The notes: a model not told the origin generated them from the letters alone. Counted from the first letter of the stretch, positions 26,110 through 39,900 are shown. The stretch: DNA of 64,000 bases from Octopus bimaculoides (GCF_001194135.2 NC_068988.1:90037475-90101474); one strand, 5' to 3'. Numbers and translations: made by a program.

Positions 26110-27140
26110 AACACAACTCACCCTTTAAAAAAAATCAAATTTTAATAAAGTTTTGTGCACATGTTATCGATAAAATTTCGATGAAATTACGATAAAGTTT
26201 CGATACAATTTATTCCATAAATCTGCATTCAACTTCTATGAATGCTGTACTGTCAGTCTCGAACCTTTCACATGCCGAGACCGAAAGGTCTTTATACATT
26301 TTGGAGGTTAGCTGGACAATGGCGATCTTTAGTGAAATTTAGATTAGTCTCCCTTTCAACAACTCTGTGAAGGTAGTAGTTCTCTGGATGTAAATCTGTC
26401 GAGTTTTGAGGTTACAAGTTTGGTGTAACATGCTCGTAAATGTTGTCTGAAATCCATTCTCGCCGCATTATGAGGATTTCATGAGAAAATGGTGAGTCGT
26501 TTTGAAATACAATGAGGCTTTCCAGTGCATACATCGTTTACTGACTTCAGCATCTCAACGTATCGAGAGCACTAACTCTTAAACTGTCAAGAAACATAAT
26601 GTAAGCTGGAATGACACAACAAAATGTTACTCACCACTCCTGAAACTATCACAATCGCTAGAAACCTTGTGTGATTCGCTTTGGAGACATCAGAACTATT
26701 TACATACCGTCATTTATCATCACACTTGAAGTCTTTCTTATCGGACAAAATAACCACTTGGCACTGATCGAATGGTTTCGTGCAACAAAGTTCTGTTAGT
26801 CCATCAAGCATTTGAAGTTTTTTTGACGTCAGCGCTTATTGCTTTATCAGGATCATCATGGATAATGTTTCGATACCAATGGACGAATTGCTGTCTCTTT
26901 ATATTGTCCAAACGTTTAAAATTCATTTTTTTTTAATCTTTCATACAGTTGAAAGAATTCTGTCAGAGGCAGGTAGTTCCATCAAACCTTTTATACAAAT
27001 TGTCTTCAAACACTTAAAACTTTCGAAATCACTGTGTACTGCACATATCTTTTCGTTTTTCATGTTAGCACGAAGGAACCTACTCGAAATTTTGAATTTT
27101 ACTCACCCCACGGCAAGTTCACTGTCCAAATGTTAGTACT
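26110..27140 (-). mobile_element. Highly degenerate Tc1/mariner of maT (DD37D-like) type
   Basis: Minus strand reads VVILSDKKDF and VFQNDSPFSH...EWISDNIYEHVTPNL*PQNSTDLHPENYYLHRVVERETN, resembling FQQDSAP.H..W..N....WP.SSPDLNPLDY..W..VE. Ends uncertain. Confidence 0.6.
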
Positions 27141-29307
27141 ATTTCTAAATATCTCCTAAGTTGTCATGCCAGCACAGGCAAACAGCAGTATTTTGGAGTT
27201 TGTTTTGTCACATGTGTGTGTGTGTGCGTGTGTCTGTGTGTTTCTGTGTGTCTGTGTCTGCGAGTGTGTGCGTGTGTGTGAACGTGCGTGCGTGTGAGTA
27301 TTTTTATACATTCTATATTTTCGGTTCTTTGAGAGGATCAGTTCAATTAATACGTGGTTGACCTTTGTCAGGTACATACTTTTCTGTGTTCTTCATACAG
27401 TTTACTCTTCTCCATTTTGTTTCTCTTAATTTTTGTCTATGTCAGTATTAATCATTGCTAACACTACAAATGTTTTCACAATTATAATACTTCGGCGCAA
27501 AACAAATCCAGAAAGAAGCAGGAGTAGCGATTCTGTCATCGGTTTTGTGGATCTTGAAATATTTCTGGTGAAAAAATATATGAGAATCATTCCACTAATC
27601 TATATCTCCTATATATTAACAGAAAACACATTTGACATTGCAGATTTAGATAAATCATGCCTGGAAAAATAGTAGCGACATTATTGCCACGGTTTAATAG
27701 TAGACAGAAAGCAATCAAGTGACTCCTGTTGTCGACGACAACATCACATTCGAAATATTTAAAATGTTTAACGATTAATTCTTGTCTGTGTTGGTTCTTA
27801 GTTTGTGTTTTTAATTAGATAAGCATCTACATACAGTTTAATAGAATGCTCTGCAGTCCCCGAGTGTTATCAGTTATTTCTGTGTCCCGACTGTTGTTAT
27901 GCCCAGTACTCACGACTAAACTGACTTAACTTGTGTGATTATTTATGAATTTTACTCAACAAATGTATTGTATAAATTTTTAAATGGTGAAATGATATAA
28001 AAATCAATAAGGAGAAAACTGGAAATTTACTTTATACATTGAAAGTTAATGATTTCTCAGTGCCTGATGGGATCTCATTTCGTTTTGATAACCACTGCTA
28101 GTTTTATCATGTATAATATAATTACAACTATCAAAATTAAGTGTGTTAATTATGTTACCTCCGCCCCCATCGACGTGCCCAACGCCCGCTTATGGGCAGT
28201 ACCAACCATGTTCAGAATCTCTGGAGTAGACGGATAATATGGCTAGCATAGCAGAATCAGTGTTCTGCTACAATCGCTTACAGATGCGTGTCCCCGGTTT
28301 ACACAGAGAAGATTGCATTGTTTCAGTACTTTTCTCTATTGAATAAACACGAAAGCTATATTCATTGTTTTTTTAAACACAAGGCAGGCACTGAATGTAT
28401 AGACAGGACACATAAAAGAATACAGCTACGGATGTAAAGATAAGCTTAGCTGTAGCATGAGCGCATATTTCTCCATTTCTCCATAATAGAAAAACAGAGG
28501 ATATTAAAGAATCATGACGTGTGCAAAAAAAAAATAATAATAATAAATAACAGATGGTGATATGTCTGAGGTTATTACAGCAAAGTTTGACTATAATCTT
28601 TCTAAATTGTGTTATGTAACAATTCCAGCGCTGCTTTATATTATGTAGAAGCTTAATATGGTAAACACTAGTTCTTAGTCACATATATATATATATTTAT
28701 GTATATGGATGGGTGTATGTGCACATACACAGACACAGATACAAACACAAAGACACTCACGCGCACATACATCATAACTATATANNNNNNNNNNNNNNNN
28801 NNNNNNNNNNNNNNNNNNNNNNNNNNNNNNNNNNNNNNNNNNNNNNNNNNNNNNNNNNNNNNNNNNNNNNNNNNNNNNNNNNNNNNNNNNNNNNNNNNNN
28901 NNNNNNNNNNNNNNNNNNNNNNNNNNNNNNNNNNNNNNNNNNNNNNNNNNNNNNNNNNNNNNNNNNNNNNNNNNNNNNNNNNNNNNNNNNNNNNNNNNNN
29001 NNNNNNNNNNNNNNNNNNNNNNNNNNNNNNNNNNNNNNNNNNNNNNNNNNNNNNNNNNNNNNNNNNNNNNNNNNNNNNNNNNNNNNNNNNNNNNNNNNNN
29101 NNNNNNNNNNNNNNNNNNNNNNNNNNNNNNNNNNNNNNNNNNNNNNNNNNNNNNNNNNNNNNNNNNNNNNNNNNNNNNNNNNNNNNNNNNNNNNNNNNNN
29201 NNNNNNNNNNNNNNNNNNNNNNNNNNNNNNNNNNNNNNNNNNNNNNNNNNNNNNNNNNNNNNNNNNNNNNNNNNNNNNNNNNNNNNNNNNNNNNNNNNNN
29301 NNNNNNC

Positions 29308-29347
<40 letters not shown>

Positions 29348-30570
29348 CCGGTGTACCCGGTAATTCCCGAGGGTAAAGATGTTCTATGGAAACGCCTTAT
29401 TACTCTGATATGAGAAAGCGATTTCGTTATAACTGCCACAATTCCCGTCACTAAGAATACAGAATACTGTCAGCTGGAGAAGGGAGAGTTTGTTGGGGTT
29501 TGGCAAGAGAGATTTTCGGAGGTATGCGAGAAAGATTGTCGCAGGTTGATGGGAGAGGTTGTTGGAGATTGGCGAGAGACAAATACCTTATTCTGTTTAC
29601 TGGACGTACCTGGGAAATGTATAACTGCTGTCATTAACAGAAAGAAATTATTGTTTTACCGTGAGAAAAGCGCTATTGAATTAAATAAAATTTGGGAGGG
29701 TCACAATAGGTAACACAAACAGGACAGTAAAAACAAACAGGAAGGGCTGCTAGGCCTAAACAACGTTGTGGTGGCGAACGCGTAAATCAAGCTACGACAA
29801 GAGACAAAGAAGACGTCTTCCTTGTTCCAGCTACAACGGAGAGAAAGAAAGAAAGACGGCAGATGGTCACGGGGGAACCACGTTAGCAAGAGAGGAGGAG
29901 TGAGGGAGAGAGTGACAGAGTAACATGACAGAATAGTGGGAGAAGAGGAGGTAAAAATGTAAGAGAGTGGAAAAGAAAGAAAAAACAAAGGAGTAAAAAG
30001 ATCGTATAGAGTGCTCATCAGAATTATTAAGATAATACTCACTTGGAAGAGGATGCGTGGCGTTCAATCATATGATAGTATAAATTATATATATGTATAT
30101 ATAAATATATATATAATATATATATTATATATATATAATTTATATATGTATATATATATATGCATGCATATATACATACGTATATGTAAATAAATTGATA
30201 GATTAATTTATATAAGTATATATATATATATATGTATGTATATATACATATATATACTCCTAAAAATGTAAGTACATACAAGTGCACATAGATATGTACA
30301 TATAGTATGCATATATTCATGCATACCTATTGATATGTCTAAGTAGCCGTTGTTTTCTTGTCCACACTGCCTTTGTCTGAAGATACATATGAAGGTAAAC
30401 AGTACTTTGATATTGCCATTATACTTGAGAAGAAAAAAAAAGAAATGAAACGTATGTATTTTCAACACTTCCTTTATTACAGCTATAATTAGAAGACTGG
30501 TTATTTTTGTTCTTATGTTATTTTATGTCCATTGTCGGGAAATCTTTCGTGGAATAAACAGAAAAAGAAC

Positions 30571-30655
30571 GGAAACAGAAAAGGAAGGGAAACAGAAAAG
30601 GAAGGAAAACAGAAAAGGACGGGAAACAGAAAAGGAAGGGAGACAGAAAAGGAAG
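30571..30655. repeat. 17-bp minisatellite GGAAACAGAAAAGGAAG x5
   Basis: Five consecutive units with single substitutions. Confidence 0.9.
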
Positions 30656-30964
30656 AGACACATGGGATAGAAGAGTCTCTCAAGAGGTCACAGGTGTGTG
30701 ACCGTAGTCATTTTCCTTAGTCTTTAAGAAATAATGAGAAAAGTCTCTGTGTCTAGAAAGAAATTAAGGTGACCATTAAACGCGGATACATGTATTCAAT
30801 CTTTATGTATGAGAGATAGCTAAAACATACCAGTTTCTTATATAAAATTTAAGATGAATGTGTACATGCAGGATAATTGAACTTCAGCCTGCTTCCTTAG
30901 TTAGAAAATCTCCGTTTCTCGTAACAAAAGCTCAAAGAAATTTAAAAAAGAAACATGTATATTA

Positions 30965-31285
30965 GGTGTGTCAGTGTGGTTAAATGTTTGCTTCTCAACC
31001 ACGTTATATCGGTTCAGTCCCACTCAGCGGCATCTTCGGCAAGCATCTTCTACTATAGTCTTGTGCCGACCAAAATTTATGAGTAGATTTGTTAGAATGC
31101 GGCCATGCTGGGGTACCACCTTAAAAAACTTTGTCGAACGAGTGGAGCACAGTACTTGTTTATAAGCTTTGTACTCATTCTATCGGTTTATTCAAGTCAC
31201 CGCCGAACTACTAATTCACGGAGACATAAACGCACGAATACCAGTTGTCAAGAGCTAGTGAGGACAATTGCAGACACAAGTGATG
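30965..31285. mobile_element. SINE family B: + strand head joined to an oppositely oriented 3' part
   Basis: Head ggttcagtcccac..ggcaagcatcttctactatag on + (30965-31095); tgcggccatgctgg...gccgaactactaa..ggacaattgcagacac matches the minus-strand 3' half seen at 52870-53070. Confidence 0.65.
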
Positions 31286-31775
31286 TCAGTAAAATGCCAT
31301 TTGAACATAGGCCGAGGCTTCATCAACGTAAGTCATGTCACCTGGGAGAACGGGTCGGACACGACCACAAGATACAATACAGAAGATATATTCAAGTAGT
31401 GCATACGCGCAGGCGTGGTTGATAAGAAGCTTCACAACTACACACACATAAACACACACATGCACACATCCATGCACACACACACACATACACACACATA
31501 CACACACACACACACACATATATATCGTTTATCTTTCTACTTATCGATCTCACTAACTATCTATCTTTAGATCACTGTAACTATCTTCGACATTCTGTAT
31601 ATCTGTTTTTCCAAATATTCCAATCTATGTAATTAAATTGGAAATTCTGTCTAGATTGATGCCTACCTATTAATGAGATAACCTCGTTTTGTCTTTATAT
31701 CTGTCTCTATCCCTTTAGCGCTTTATACATCCTTATCAGTCTTGTTCCCCGTTTATATAAGTGTGTCTGTGTGTG

Positions 31776-31808
<33 letters not shown>

Positions 31809-32163
31809 NNNNNNNNNNNNNNNNNNNNNNNNNNNNNNNNNNNNNNNNNNNNNNNNNNNNNNNNNNNNNNNNNNNNNNNNNNNNNNNNNNNNNNNNNNNN
31901 NNNNNNNNNNNNNNNNNNNNNNNNNNNNNNNNNNNNNNNNNNNNNNNNNNNNNNNNNNNNNNNNNNNNNNNNNNNNNNNNNNNNNNNNNNNNNNNNNNNN
32001 NNNNNNNNNNNNNNNNNNNNNNNNNNNNNNNNNNNNNNNNNNNNNNNNNNNNNNNNNNNNNNNNNNNNNNNNNNNNNNNNNNNNNNNNNNNNNNNNNNNN
32101 NNNNNNNNNNNNNNNNNNNNNNNNNNATGTATCTGTATATGTGTATATATTTTATGTATGTGT

Positions 32164-32207
<44 letters not shown>

Positions 32208-33344
32208 ATGTATGTATGTGAAACTACGTACTATTGTGTCTAAGTGTAGGTGTGTCTGTCTGAAAAATACATCTCCAGAACAAGACTACTTATTTTTTCT
32301 TTTGTCTCACAATCTTGATCTATTTCTTCCTCTCTGTCTATCTTCATATCTATCTATTTTCCCCGGTCTCTATTTATTTACCTACCAACCAACCTATTTA
32401 GCTGTCTCACAACCAATCGGTCTATTTAATGATCTACCTTATTATCGATCGAACTCAGTTTTACTGGCGTTATGAGCTATAAAATACTTCCATTTATCCA
32501 CTTAGTTGTGTCGTCTGCTGAAAAATGGCCGATGTTACCTACATTTTAAGATGAAAGCGTTTATTGACTTAAAACAATATCTTCTGAATCTTAATGAGAT
32601 ATTAGGTTGCCTATTTTCTTTGTTACTTCCATGTACATTCTTATTCTTTGTAATCTTTCCAGTAATGGTTCCTTGTAAACTCATAGCAACAATTGCAGAC
32701 ACTCACAAACACAGACAAGCTTACAAAGAAATTTGTACTCACACAGACTCAAACATGTTTACATACTTGTATGCACATCCATATATACATACACACGCAC
32801 ACATATATATACATATATATATATACATATATATNNNNNNNNNNNNNNNNNNNNNNNNNNNNNNNNNNNNNNNNNNNNNNNNNNNNNNNNNNNNNNNNNN
32901 NNNNNNNNNNNNNNNNNNNNNNNNNNNNNNNNNNNNNNNNNNNNNNNNNNNATATATATATATATAGGTGTGTGTGTGTATGTGTGAATATATATATATA
33001 TACACATAAATGCATATATCGAAATGAAAGAGTTGTAAGTATATGAAAATCTATCTTACGTAGTACAAGCATTACCTAATATACTATTCAAAATGTTGAA
33101 TAGAGTCGCGATATGTTTAACTTAACTAAAGTTCATTTTGATATGATAAATATACTAAGTTTGGCCACGAGCTAGGTTGGTGTGGATTGTGAACAGTCAA
33201 GCTCGAGGTGTTACAGCCAGTAGACTGTGAACATTTTATAATACATACGTAATTCAAAACGCAGTATATATAATTACATTACATGTGTACATACATATAT
33301 GCATACATACATATACATCATATATATATATATATATATATATA

Positions 33345-34564
33345 TTGGGTTGTCCAGAAAGTTCGTGCCGATTTTTAAAGCAAAGAAAAAGGTTAATAAA
33401 TACTTGCCATTACATTTTTAATCAACGAAATATGAACCAGTTTGTTGCACAGTTCGTCTCCATCTTTCCTTTAACTTGAAAATATCTTCTTCTCAGAATT
33501 GAAGCGGTTTCATGGCAAAGAATTCATCAAGGTATCTTTTTACGTCATCCACGGAATTGAAATTTTTACCATTAAGACTATTCTGCAGAGACCTGAATAA
33601 GCAGAAATCCAAAGAAGCAATATCTGGTGAATATCTGGTAACACATCCCAGCCGAGCTGCAGCAATTTTTGTTTGGTTCCCAAAGAAACGTGCGGTCTTG
33701 CATTATTATGCTGGAAAACAACACACTTCCGATTGGCCAATTCAGGACGTTTCTCTTGAATTGCTGCTTTTAACTCGTCCAATTGTGTGCAGTATTTCTC
33801 AGAATTAATCTGGTTACTTGGGAGAAGTTCATAGTACAGAATTCCTTTCCAATCCTACCAGACACAAAGCAAGACTTTTTTAGGGTTAAGACCCGGTTTT
33901 GGGGTGGCTAAGGGTGGCTCAAGTCGCTTAATCCAGGATTGCTTTCTTCGAACATTTCCGTAGGTAATCCGTTTATAAAGCGAAGCACAGATGCAAATGC
34001 GATCCAAAAGGTTCTTCTCACTCAACTCATGTGGTACCCAAACATCGTAGAGATTTGTGTACCCAAGCTTTACCAGGTGTTTATGAACGATGGATTTTGA
34101 TAGGTTGAGGCTTTCCGTCAATTCTCGGGTTTCGCAATGTGGGTTATTCTCAATTAATGACTTGACTTGGTCATCATCTGTAGTGGATGGTCTGTCTGAT
34201 CGCTCGTTATCAACACGGCTACAATCTGCAGCTCGGAACCTTGCGAACCTCTTCCGTACAGATCTTTCGGATAAAGAAACATCACCGTAAACTGCATATA
34301 TTTCTTTGGTTGTTTGTGAGGTATTTTTCCCTCTGCGGAAAAAAGAAAACCATGAAGTGCCGAAAATGAACTTTCTTATCTTCCATTTTTTAGGGTTACA
34401 GAATTAACACACGTTATAGGAACATAGATCTTCTTCCATGAAAAGATAGCTTAAATTGTGCTCTAAACGGTGGCGTAGTCAAATCCTATTTTATGGACTC
34501 AACCATGTTCTAAAGTAAGTCGAAAATTAAGCTGCTATTAATCGGCACAAATGTTCCGGACAAC

Positions 34565-34568
<4 letters not shown>
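33345..34568 (-). mobile_element. Near-full-length mariner element with TIRs, inserted in a (TA)n run; transposase disrupted
   Basis: TIRs ttgggttgtccagaaagttcgtgccgatt / aatcggcacaaatgttccggacaacccaa with TA on both sides. Motifs WVPHEL, KKVLLCVW and FQHNNARPH; the GDEKW segment is absent and there is a frameshift near YSPD. Confidence 0.93.
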
Positions 34569-34609
<41 letters not shown>

Positions 34610-35738
34610 ACATAAAGCTCTACATACATATATACACACATAAAACTGTACAGACGTTTATCACTTAAATATATATGTGCGTGGTTAGATAGGTAACTAT
34701 ATGCATGAGAATACACACATAAAGCAAAACATACAAAACTGCACGTACACACTTACATGCATGCATACATACATACATACATACATACATGCATAATATA
34801 TGCATCGTTTTCTTTTCAGTTTTATTTAAGCTCTTTCTGAGAGAGCTGAAGCCGATCGCTAACAAAGCTGTGAAACTTTTTGAGTCCTACAATAGAACTT
34901 ACTTCTGGTGCAGATGTTGTTTCACAATACGTGGTTCATATGACGTCAATTTAGATTTGAAACCGCGACCACAATACCTCTGTTGGAAGTATGTATTTAT
35001 GTATGTATGTATGTATGTATGTTCTCATTCTCTTTTTAATTAATACATTTTTACCGGCCACCTAGTTGGGAGCAATGTTGTGATAGAATGTGTGTTGTTT
35101 TAGCCATCAACTTTTAAATCTTACGGTGTTGCAGATTTTTGTAGTCGCATATATCATCATCATTTTTACCGTATAAATTAACGATTTACTTTCTGTCCTC
35201 AAGAATCCACGTTCAATCATACGTTGCTACACACATATCGGTATGTATCTTGTTGTTTCAATAATAATATATATGAAGCTGAAAGTGTATTTTGATTTTT
35301 GAATTTTGTGAGGTTGTCTTACCCACAGTTTGACCCGTTGGCCTTGAAGCTATGATAAACTGACTTCGGATCACTGGCAAACAATTTTTGAGCTTTTGTC
35401 GGTCATAAGTTGTCAAAGAAAACATTTCTCCAGCGTTCGCTATTTTACCCTTGTTCTAAAGATCCTCCATGTCTGTTCTCGTTCGGTTTCCATGTTTGTC
35501 TCCATTAAATCCCAAATTTTATTTTGGTACTTATGGGAGCAACTGGCTTCGAAAACTCATACTGTCGTTCAATGGTCGAAATGAGGAGCAGGTAAACAGC
35601 TGCCAACTGATGAAGGGTCGTTCTTTATGTTACTTGCACTGTTTTCTATTTGCTTTCCCTCGTTGTTTACATATTGAACTCATTTGGTTTCGTATTTCAT
35701 GTTGTTTACTGTTGGTGACGTCCAATACCCATATATGC

Positions 35739-35820
<82 letters not shown>

Positions 35821-36092
35821 AAATTCAGATATATTGAAATTCAGATGAATATAATACTTAAGTTGAGGCACCCGAAATTAGTACGGTATTATCCATACCA
35901 TTTGAAAGTAAGGTGATTAAAATCAAAATAAGCAACTAGGATATCCAGAGGTAATGCACTACGATCGTTCCATGCACTCCATTTAATTGAACAATGCAAT
36001 CATTACATCAATTTAAAATGCAGAGCAATCCTCGGCTGCACAAAAACATAGAATTTAATTAAATTAGAACAGATGGACACATTTGGACACAC

Positions 36093-36123
<31 letters not shown>

Positions 36124-36447
36124 ATTGCATACATAGCCTCAATATTCTTCCGCTAATATTTCTATACGGATGTTGGTATTCGTCCATAACTGCTGTGTAT
36201 GCATTTTATTCTGACCTAACCTTATTCTACTGAATCTTGATATATTATATACATATTTACATATATGTGTATATGTTTGTACGACAGCGCGACTTTAATA
36301 ATTTGGGTTTCGAAAAGGTTATGTCTATAGTCTATATATGTATGCCTCGCTTTGATAAACACATGACGATGTCAAAAGACGCCATGTTGTTGACTACAGA
36401 TTTTCATCATTTACATTTCATTATAAACAATACAGTTCCTTTCTCAG

Positions 36448-36509
36448 ATGTTTTGCGTATGTAAACTGAACGTCTGAACCTACCAAGATCCCGAAGCTAT
36501 CAGCATTCT
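36448..36509 (+). other. Exon-like segment with strong splice sites but no open frame
   Basis: Acceptor ttcctttctcag, donor TCT|gtgagt; stops in all three frames. Confidence 0.3.
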
Positions 36510-36816
36510 GTGAGTTGTTTTAGTCGTTATAATTTTGTTATGTTTTTATCGTAGGTTTTTCCTTGCCTCTATATTTAAATAAGAAACTTTATCGTTATTG
36601 TAAGAATGCTAAATAAAATTTCCGAATATTTCTCAATACATGCTTATTTGTTAGGTTATCTATATATATTACTCGCTGTTCACATCTGTGAATTTTACAT
36701 TTTCATATCATGAGAAAAAAATTAATAAAAGCAAACCTCGAACGTTATCGATTTTTTATATTAATTCCTAATTTTGCTTTAGGCTTTAGATCTTCTTTAT
36801 AATGCATATACATACA

Positions 36817-36867
<51 letters not shown>

Positions 36868-36984
36868 TCATAGATGCATACATACGTATACTTACAGACA
36901 CACACTCTCATACACACACATTCATATACAGATCCGTGTATACGTGCATATATAAAAAGTCATATATGTAGTGGCACATTTATA

Positions 36985-37022
<38 letters not shown>

Positions 37023-37834
37023 TACATACATACATACATACATACATACATGCATATATGTACATAAGACTTATACAAAAGAGAAATGAATTCATAATTT
37101 TGGCAGCTGGCAGATGAACATGTTATTAACTTTCAATCATGTTTTTAATACATTTTTTAGATGAGCAATTACTGGAATAGATGTATTTTCTTGAAAATTT
37201 ATTTAGTATTTACACGTTCATCTTTTTTTTTTTTTTTTACTCTGCGTTTCTCTATTCTCATTCTCTCTCAGAACCTTCAGCTATGAATAATTCCACATCT
37301 ACACAGGTATTGTGCTTTGGAATTCTCTAAGAATCTGTATTTGCGTTACAGATTCGACAAGTTATTCGAAAATATGATGTGAGTAAATAGAAATATATTT
37401 CACTCTCATTGAAATTGCTTCTATATCTTTGGAAATATAGGTCTGTGAAGACACTAAGATATATCTAGAACATTCCTGTTGAAAGGAAATGCAAGAGACG
37501 AATTTCTAGAGAAAATTCAATAAAAATTTATATCAAAGGGTTAACAAAATAAGCGATAAACTATTTATATTTAGATTAAATTTTCTTCTGATGTTCTAAA
37601 TTTTGTAAACACCAGCTTACTAATTCTATCATCAAATAATGATCCTTCAAATACATATCTTTAATGGACAACGAATTGTCCGAATCTTTTGAGTATTCTT
37701 AGGCAAACTTCGGCTTGCAGGATTTCCTGAATTGCATGCCTAATGAAAAAATTACTTCGTTCATCTCACCTTGTAATATGTCACGTCTCACGCAGCTTGC
37801 ATATCGCCAGATGTTGTCCATGCTTGTTATAGAG

Positions 37835-38060
37835 CAGTATTTCTCAACCGGGGTCCATATGGCCATTGGGGTTCCATATAAGAATTTTTCTTAAAATTTA
37901 TGTGCAATAAATTGCTTTTGCCTCCTTGACACGTCCAGAATAATCACGAAAGTATTTGATAGCTGAAAAGAAGGAATAGCATGGTATCGTAGGCTGCATG
38001 TAGTTAGCCCACTAGGCATGCGAGACTCTAGGAGCTCCAACAAAACCTGTGATAAATAGA
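37835..38060 (+). mobile_element. Possible hAT-type MITE fragment (one terminus only)
   Basis: cagtatttctcaaccggggtcc resembles CAGTGTTTCTCAACC-type hAT termini; the matching right end was not found. Confidence 0.35.
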
Positions 38061-38065
38061 AAAAA

Positions 38066-38129
<64 letters not shown>

Positions 38130-38384
38130 CGATAACGATGACGACGACGACGACGATGATGATGATGGTGATAACGAAAAAGGGAAGAGAAGGAGGATTT
38201 CTTTTGTTTGTCACAGGGTTATAGATTATGGGGCCTAACGAGTGCAGTCTACAGCTTGTTTTAGAGTTTATACAAACAAAGAAGATGAAGAAAGAGAAAG
38301 GAATAGAAGACGGGGAAATGCGATAAAAAGATACTCATGGTTCATAAAGTACGTGATCACATGAATAATGCAATAATGCTGTCT

Positions 38385-38432
38385 TCCTGGTCCTGGAGAA
38401 TCTCCTTATTTGGAGATTCTCCAGGACCAGGA
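38385..38432. repeat. Perfect 21-bp inverted repeat with 6-nt spacer
   Basis: tcctggtcctggagaatctcc ttattt ggagattctccaggaccagga. Confidence 0.95.
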
Positions 38433-39474
38433 TGGATGGATTGATAAGTGTTTGTAGTATACACAATAAAAGAACATAGCAAGGCTCCACACAGACGGTC
38501 ATAACCCTCATTTACAGTTAGAAACATACAGATCTGTGATCTTTACCACCTCTCATTCCCCAGATTTTACGTGTTTTGGGACAAAGCTTATTCACTTAGG
38601 CCTAACTACATTCTCTCACCCTACTTTCAACATGTTTAATAGAAACAGCAAATTCCTGTCTACTCTGCGAGTGAAACCCGAAAGATAAATGAAGATTTGA
38701 TCAAAGTAGTACGGCTTGCTATGAAGTTTTCCTCTTGTCTGGTATATAACTGCTTTCATCTTAGCTACAGGAAGGATTAAATTTGCCCCTCTTTACCGAC
38801 TGAAGGAAAGTGATGATTATTTGGGTAGATAATCGGATCTGTGGAGATTAGTTAAAAGCATTGAAGTTAGTATCATCAAAACTTGATTTTCTGGAAGATA
38901 TACTAGACCGCAAAAGTCTTCTGGAATAGATAAACCTAACACTCTAGCGGTTAGACCCTATGAGACTCCAAGCAATTTAACCAGCTCGTCGGTCTAAAGT
39001 TGCAGGAGGCTGACTGCTGTCATAGGCTTGAATCTTCAAATTTGATCTTGATGGACAGGAGGACGGTGGATGGTCTAATAAACATGCCTCACAGAGATGA
39101 TGCTCAGCACTGTCATTTACAGATGTGGCTTCAGAATCGGTGCATGCTGAATAAATTCAAAACATTTCCGATTCATGGCCATGCATTTAGATGACGAAAT
39201 AGATGCTATTGTACGATCTCTGAGATACGATCGAAATTCATTTCCCTGAGGGCTACTTCAAAATAGCAAACAGCGTCTTTATCAATGTTTCAAATGACTT
39301 CAGAAGGCCACTTCATGTCATGCTGAGCTGTATCGCATGAGATGGAGGTTTTCGTGGAAACCTCTGACGAGGATGAAACTGGTCTATCACGATCTCACTA
39401 TCGACGCGAAATGTCAACAATTTTGTGTGCAGATTCGGCAAAAACGGAGTAGAAAATTGGAAACTATCATTCAT

Positions 39475-39900
39475 TGGAGTAAAGATTATTTGCCAACATA
39501 ATACGGCAGTCCTCGTTTAGTCCCAGGAGGCATCGTCTCCAGCTGGCTATACGACACAATCTGTGTCCTTATATTTTCGAACACCCCCACTCAGTTCAAA
39601 GCAATATCTGTGCATCGCGATTTCCGGATCATTTTCCCTTCATCAGCACAGGATAATTTTGCTGATGAAGAGAAATAACGCAGAAATCGCGATACACAGA
39701 TATTGTTTTGAGCTGAGTGCGGGTGCTAGGTTCCCTTGTTCGAAAATATTAGGACACAGATCGTGTCGTATATCCAGCTGAAGACGATGTCTCCTGGGAC
39801 TAAATTACAGCAACATTCGTCCTAAACCAGGACTGCCATGTTATGTTGGCAATGATTGCTGAATATCTCTCCTTGTGAAATTTACAAATAGTAATTTTCT
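39475..39900. mobile_element. Palindromic non-coding element with two divergent hammerhead-like motifs and a 13-bp target-site duplication
   Basis: Inverted arms about 39488-39648 and 39660-39853. Direct repeat aactatcattcat at 39462-39474 and 39901-39913. CTGATGA..GAAA-TCGCGA-T motif on each arm. Confidence 0.8.
39657..39699 (+). ncRNA. Minimal type-I hammerhead-like motif (degenerate); mirror copy on - at 39608-39651
   Basis: CTGATGA (39662-68), GAAA (39683-86), palindromic ATCGCGAT stem III, AUA cleavage triplet, then cacag. The mirror copy has an intact stem I (ctgtg/cacag) but an AUG triplet. Confidence 0.5.

Noticed and set aside
28150-28330. GC-rich patch starting ttacctccgcc, reminiscent of Helentron-associated termini
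   Set aside because: No matching subterminal repeat or hairpin found; insufficient evidence.
29701-29900. Possible second PLE terminal repeat
   Set aside because: Too degenerate; no intact core motif.
35607-35640. CTGATGAAGGG half-motif after a PLE-like degenerate stretch
   Set aside because: No stem II closure or downstream GAAA, so not called a hammerhead.
38700-39420. Faint RTE-like LINE signals (YLG, GHAFR)
   Set aside because: Motifs too weak and scattered to call.
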